DNA of 64,000 nucleotides, taken from an uncultured Maribacter sp. (GTDB lineage Bacteria > Bacteroidota > Bacteroidia > Flavobacteriales > Flavobacteriaceae). Positions 60,526-64,000 of the stretch are shown here, piece by piece; position 1 is the first letter of the stretch; each line of letters begins with the position of its first letter. The notes under the pieces were generated by a model, which was not told where the DNA came from, did no database searches, and saw only the letters and a list, made by a program, of their open reading frames with translations. Made by a program: the position numbers and the translations under genes. Location of the stretch: the NCBI GenBank assembly GCA_938038975.1, contig CALHVP010000061.1, positions 22,329 through 86,328 of the forward strand. The letters are read 5' to 3'.

Positions 60526-61365
60526 ATGGACAAAAGAATATTAATTCCAACGGATTTTTCAAAAAATGCCCTACATGCAGTGCGCTATGGACTTGATCTT
60601 TATGAAAAATTAAATTGTGAATTCTACTTTTTAAACGTTTTCCAAGGAAATCGTTATAGCACAAATGGCCTTAATATCCCAGAGCCTGGAAGCCCAGCAT
60701 ACGAAACCAAAAAGAAGAAATCCGAGGAAAATTTTGTAAAGCTATTGGACATGTTAGAACTACACCATGACAACCCAAAGCATTCTTACTATACAATTTC
60801 CACGTTCAATTTTTTATCGGAGGCCATTAAGCAAACCATAGCAGAAAAAGATATCGAACTCGTAATTATGGGTACAAGAGGTGCTACGGCAAATCGCGAA
60901 ATAATTTTTGGTGGTAACACTGTAAATGCAATGGAGAAAATACGAGAATGCCCAGTACTTGCAATCCCACCAGATACTCGGTTTTCAACACCTAAGGAAA
61001 TTGTTTTTCCAACAAATTATAAAACAGCTTTTAAACGAAAAGAATTAAGCTACCTGATAGAAATTGCGATGATGCACAAAAGTGCAATTAAAGTACTAAA
61101 CATAACAAAAAAAGCAGATTTAACAGCGATACAACAAAACAACAAGCGTTTGTTGGGTGCTATCTTGGAAACTGTTGAACATAGTTTTCATACACTAAGC
61201 CACAAGGATATATCCGATGGGATAACCGCCTTTGTAGAAAGTAGGGATAGTGATATGATTGCATTTATAAATAGTAAACATTTTTTCTTCGGTAGCGTAT
61301 TTTCTAAACCTTTGGTCAAGGAAATTGGGTATGATGCTACCGTTCCTATTTTGGCTTTACACTAA
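60526..61365 (+). CDS. Universal stress protein
   Basis: MDKRILIPTDFS, LVIMGTRG. Confidence 0.95.
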   Translation: MDKRILIPTDFSKNALHAVRYGLDLYEKLNCEFYFLNVFQGNRYSTNGLNIPEPGSPAYETKKKKSEENFVKLLDMLELHHDNPKHSYYTISTFNFLSEAIKQTIAEKDIELVIMGTRGATANREIIFGGNTVNAMEKIRECPVLAIPPDTRFSTPKEIVFPTNYKTAFKRKELSYLIEIAMMHKSAIKVLNITKKADLTAIQQNNKRLLGAILETVEHSFHTLSHKDISDGITAFVESRDSDMIAFINSKHFFFGSVFSKPLVKEIGYDATVPILALH

Positions 61366-61377
61366 AAACAGAAAACT

Positions 61378-61791
61378 ATGAAACGTATTGGAATTTGGAT
61401 GGATAAAAAAAAAGCACAAATTATGCGACTCCATGAGGAAGAAGAAAAATTTGAGATACTTTTCTCAAATCTGGACTTTTTGAAACCTACAGGTGGGTCA
61501 CGGACCAGATTGGCAAAATGGGGACCACAGGATGTTGTTCATGATAGTAAATACCTAGCAAAGGAAAAACAACAATTAAAAACGTATTTCAACAACTTGG
61601 CCGATGCAATTGGCGATGCTGATGCCATAGCGCTGTTTGGCCCTACGGATACCAATCAAAAGTTTAAAAAAGATATAGAAAGAAACCATAAAGCTTTAAC
61701 AAAGAAATTAAAGGCTATAACTAAATCGGATAGCATGACGAAAAATCAAGTAAAGGCATTAGTTCGAGACTATTTTAGACATTTAAGATGA
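61378..61791 (+). CDS. Hypothetical protein, host-attachment/baeRF (eRF1-like) superfamily candidate
   Basis: IGIWMD..KA, YFNNLADAI.DADAIALFGP, MTKNQVKALVRDYF. Confidence 0.55.
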   Translation: MKRIGIWMDKKKAQIMRLHEEEEKFEILFSNLDFLKPTGGSRTRLAKWGPQDVVHDSKYLAKEKQQLKTYFNNLADAIGDADAIALFGPTDTNQKFKKDIERNHKALTKKLKAITKSDSMTKNQVKALVRDYFRHLR

Positions 61792-61859
61792 ATAAGGTTT
61801 TATTTAAATCGAAGACAGCCAAGTAATTCTTGTTTTGCGTGTCTTGGCAATATATTTAT

Positions 61860-62759
61860 ATGGAGGAACTATTGGATATTTTCGAAAGCCCTTTTGTCGT
61901 AAAAGTAACAAAACTGATACTTTGGATTTTATTTATTGTTTTTGCAATAGGCTTTATGCGTAAACTCTTAAAACGAAGAATAAATGATGCAGCTATTCGC
62001 TACAAGGCTCAAAAAGGGGTAGAGATTTTTGGTTATGTACTAATAGTATTGATGATTCTATTATCCTTTACGGTAGAGAATCACGAAGACTACACCATCA
62101 TTATTGGACTTTTTACTGCAGGAATCACCTTCACTTTACAAGAATTAATTTTAAGCATAGCAGGGTCTTTCTATATCTTTTTAGTTCGTGTGTATAAACC
62201 AGGGGATCGAATAGAAATAAATAGCATAAAAGGCGACGTTATCGATATAGACAGTATTTATACCACATTAATGGAAATGGGCGAATGGGTAAGTAGTGAT
62301 AATTATTCCGGTAGAATTGTAAAAATTAGTAATGCCTTTGTGTTTAAAGGACCCATTAAGAATTACTCTATGGATTTTCCCTTTGTTTGGGACGAGCTGA
62401 ACATTCTGATCACCTATGGTTCGGATATTGAAATGGCAAAAAAAATAGTTTTGGATACCGCTTCGGAACTACTTTTTGATTACACCAAAAATTCATTGGC
62501 AAAATGGAAAGAGATGGTGGCTCGTTATTACATAGAAAATGCCACATTAGCACCTACTATAGCCGTTAGTCTTGCAGATAATTGGATCGTACTTAACCTA
62601 AGGTACATTACAGATTACAAATTAAGGCGAGTGACCAAACATAACTTGTATCAAGAAATTGAACGGGTTATCTCGGCTTCAAATGGAAAAATCGCCTTGG
62701 CATCCGCAACACTGCAACTACTCAAAATACCTGAATTAGATGTCAATCTAAAAAAATAA
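61860..62759 (+). CDS. MscS-family mechanosensitive channel
   Basis: AGITFTLQE...YKPGDRIEI...GDVIDID...IKNYS. Confidence 0.9.
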   Translation: MEELLDIFESPFVVKVTKLILWILFIVFAIGFMRKLLKRRINDAAIRYKAQKGVEIFGYVLIVLMILLSFTVENHEDYTIIIGLFTAGITFTLQELILSIAGSFYIFLVRVYKPGDRIEINSIKGDVIDIDSIYTTLMEMGEWVSSDNYSGRIVKISNAFVFKGPIKNYSMDFPFVWDELNILITYGSDIEMAKKIVLDTASELLFDYTKNSLAKWKEMVARYYIENATLAPTIAVSLADNWIVLNLRYITDYKLRRVTKHNLYQEIERVISASNGKIALASATLQLLKIPELDVNLKK

Positions 62760-62760
62760 T

Positions 62761-63606
62761 ATGCCCACCAAAACAGAAATTCAAATCATCAAATCCTCTG
62801 GGGAGAAAGCTAAATTTTCATTGGATAAACTTCGGAATTCCCTGAAGCATAGCGGAGCTGACCATAACTTAGTAGCAGAAATTCTAGATAAGGTTTATGA
62901 TGAGCTATACGAAGGTATTTCTACTACTGAAATTTATAATAGAGCATATGCCCTTCTTAAAAAAAAGAAGTCTGTCTTTGCCTCAAAATATAAATTAAAA
63001 AAGGCTATTTATGAGTTAGGACCTACAGGGTTTCCCTTTGAGCGTTTTGTGGGCAACATATTGGAATATTCTGGCTACACTACCAAAGTAGATGTAATCA
63101 TGGACGGTATCTGTGTCACCCATGAAATAGATGTGGTAGCGGAAAAAAATAGACAAATAACCATAATTGAATGCAAATTCCATAGCGAAGAAGGGCTAAA
63201 CTGCAACGTAAAAGTACCGCTTTATATTCATTCTCGTTTTAATGATGTCAAAAACCATTGGATTAACAAAAAACGAGAAAAAAAAGAACTCGATAGCGGT
63301 TGGGTTGTCACCAATACCCGTTTCACTGCAGATGCTATACAGTTTGGCAACTGCGCAGGATTATATCTTTTAAGCTGGGATCATCCATTAGAAGATGGTC
63401 TAAAAGATCGTATAGATCGGTTAGCCTTATACCCCATTACCGTTTCTACCTTATTAACAAATAAAGAAAAGCAGTTTTTATTAAGCAGAGATGTGGTCTT
63501 GTGCAGACAGCTTTGGAAGGATAAATTCTTTTTAGATCACTTGGGAATCTCCAAAACAAGGAAAGTAAAAATTCTAGAAGAAATGAAACAACTTTGTAAT
63601 CCATAA
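62761..63606 (+). CDS. ATP-cone domain fused to PD-(D/E)xK (Mrr-like) nuclease domain
   Basis: IIKSSGEKAKFSLDKL ATP cone; FPFERFV...HEIDVVA...IIECKFH...VVTNTRFT. Confidence 0.8.
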   Translation: MPTKTEIQIIKSSGEKAKFSLDKLRNSLKHSGADHNLVAEILDKVYDELYEGISTTEIYNRAYALLKKKKSVFASKYKLKKAIYELGPTGFPFERFVGNILEYSGYTTKVDVIMDGICVTHEIDVVAEKNRQITIIECKFHSEEGLNCNVKVPLYIHSRFNDVKNHWINKKREKKELDSGWVVTNTRFTADAIQFGNCAGLYLLSWDHPLEDGLKDRIDRLALYPITVSTLLTNKEKQFLLSRDVVLCRQLWKDKFFLDHLGISKTRKVKILEEMKQLCNP

Positions 63607-63609
63607 CAT

Positions 63610-64000
63610 ATGAACAACATCAAAATTCATTTTTTAGGCGCATCTGGCACTGTAACCGGATCTAAATTCTACATAGAAACACCAGAATTAAATCTTATGA
63701 TAGATTGTGGTATGTTCCAAGGGTTAAAAGAACTTCGTCTACTGAATTGGAAGGCCTTGCCCATAGAAATGTCTAAACTAGACTATGTTTTGCTAACGCA
63801 CGGTCATTTAGACCATACAGGGTTTCTACCTCGTTTACTACATCAAGATTTCAAAGGAGAGATTATTGGTACCGCACCTACCTTAGAAATAGCAAAAATA
63901 ATTCTGTTGGATAGTGCTAAAATTCATGAAGAAGAGGCCGAAAAAGCGAATAAGGAAAGCTACGGTAAGCATCACCCTGCATTGCCTTTTTATACGATGA
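63610..64000 (+). CDS. Beta-CASP-type MBL-fold metallo-hydrolase (partial, runs off window)
   Basis: FLGASGTVTGS, IDCGMFQG, LTHGHLDHTG. Confidence 0.88.
   Translation, partial: MNNIKIHFLGASGTVTGSKFYIETPELNLMIDCGMFQGLKELRLLNWKALPIEMSKLDYVLLTHGHLDHTGFLPRLLHQDFKGEIIGTAPTLEIAKIILLDSAKIHEEEAEKANKESYGKHHPALPFYTM

Noticed and set aside
1231-60533. Numerous short ORFs nested in or antisense to longer genes in the ORF track
   Set aside because: They overlap well-supported CDSs and lack independent motifs
1-64000. Mobile element, tRNA, rRNA or CRISPR array
   Set aside because: No integrase, transposase, tRNA, rRNA or regularly spaced repeats seen; island boundaries cannot be defined from this window

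Overview
AT-rich Bacteroidota (Flavobacteriaceae-like) chromosomal island. It appears to be one coordinately controlled low-oxygen/dormancy regulon with a sulfur-oxidation/efflux module inside it. Cargo includes 11 universal stress protein (USP) genes (one broken), Hsp20, a P-type ATPase, PfkB, ROK kinase, PpsA, an M50-CBS protease, HPF/RaiA, a PNPOx-like flavoprotein, thioredoxin, MscS, an ATP-cone nuclease and a beta-CASP MBL gene. This content closely parallels the mycobacterial DosR regulon. The main result read from the DNA is a cis-regulatory code. At least 23 intergenic TGAY-N4-RTCA palindromes occur, and about 21 of them lie exactly 23 bp from a Bacteroidota -7 (TAnnTTTG-like) element, several driving divergent promoters. 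Three GTAAC-N4-GTTAC palindromes share that geometry in front of the sulfur-module genes. The two motifs match the recognition helices of the local regulators: two REC-CRP/FNR fusion proteins (T-E helix), paired with a FixL-like heme-PAS kinase and a LOV-domain kinase, and one stand-alone CRP/FNR protein (R-V helix). One boxed promoter drives a roughly 225-nt terminated transcript with no long ORF, a candidate sRNA. About nine genes are pseudogenised. All calls come from reading the sequence by eye; no database searches were run.
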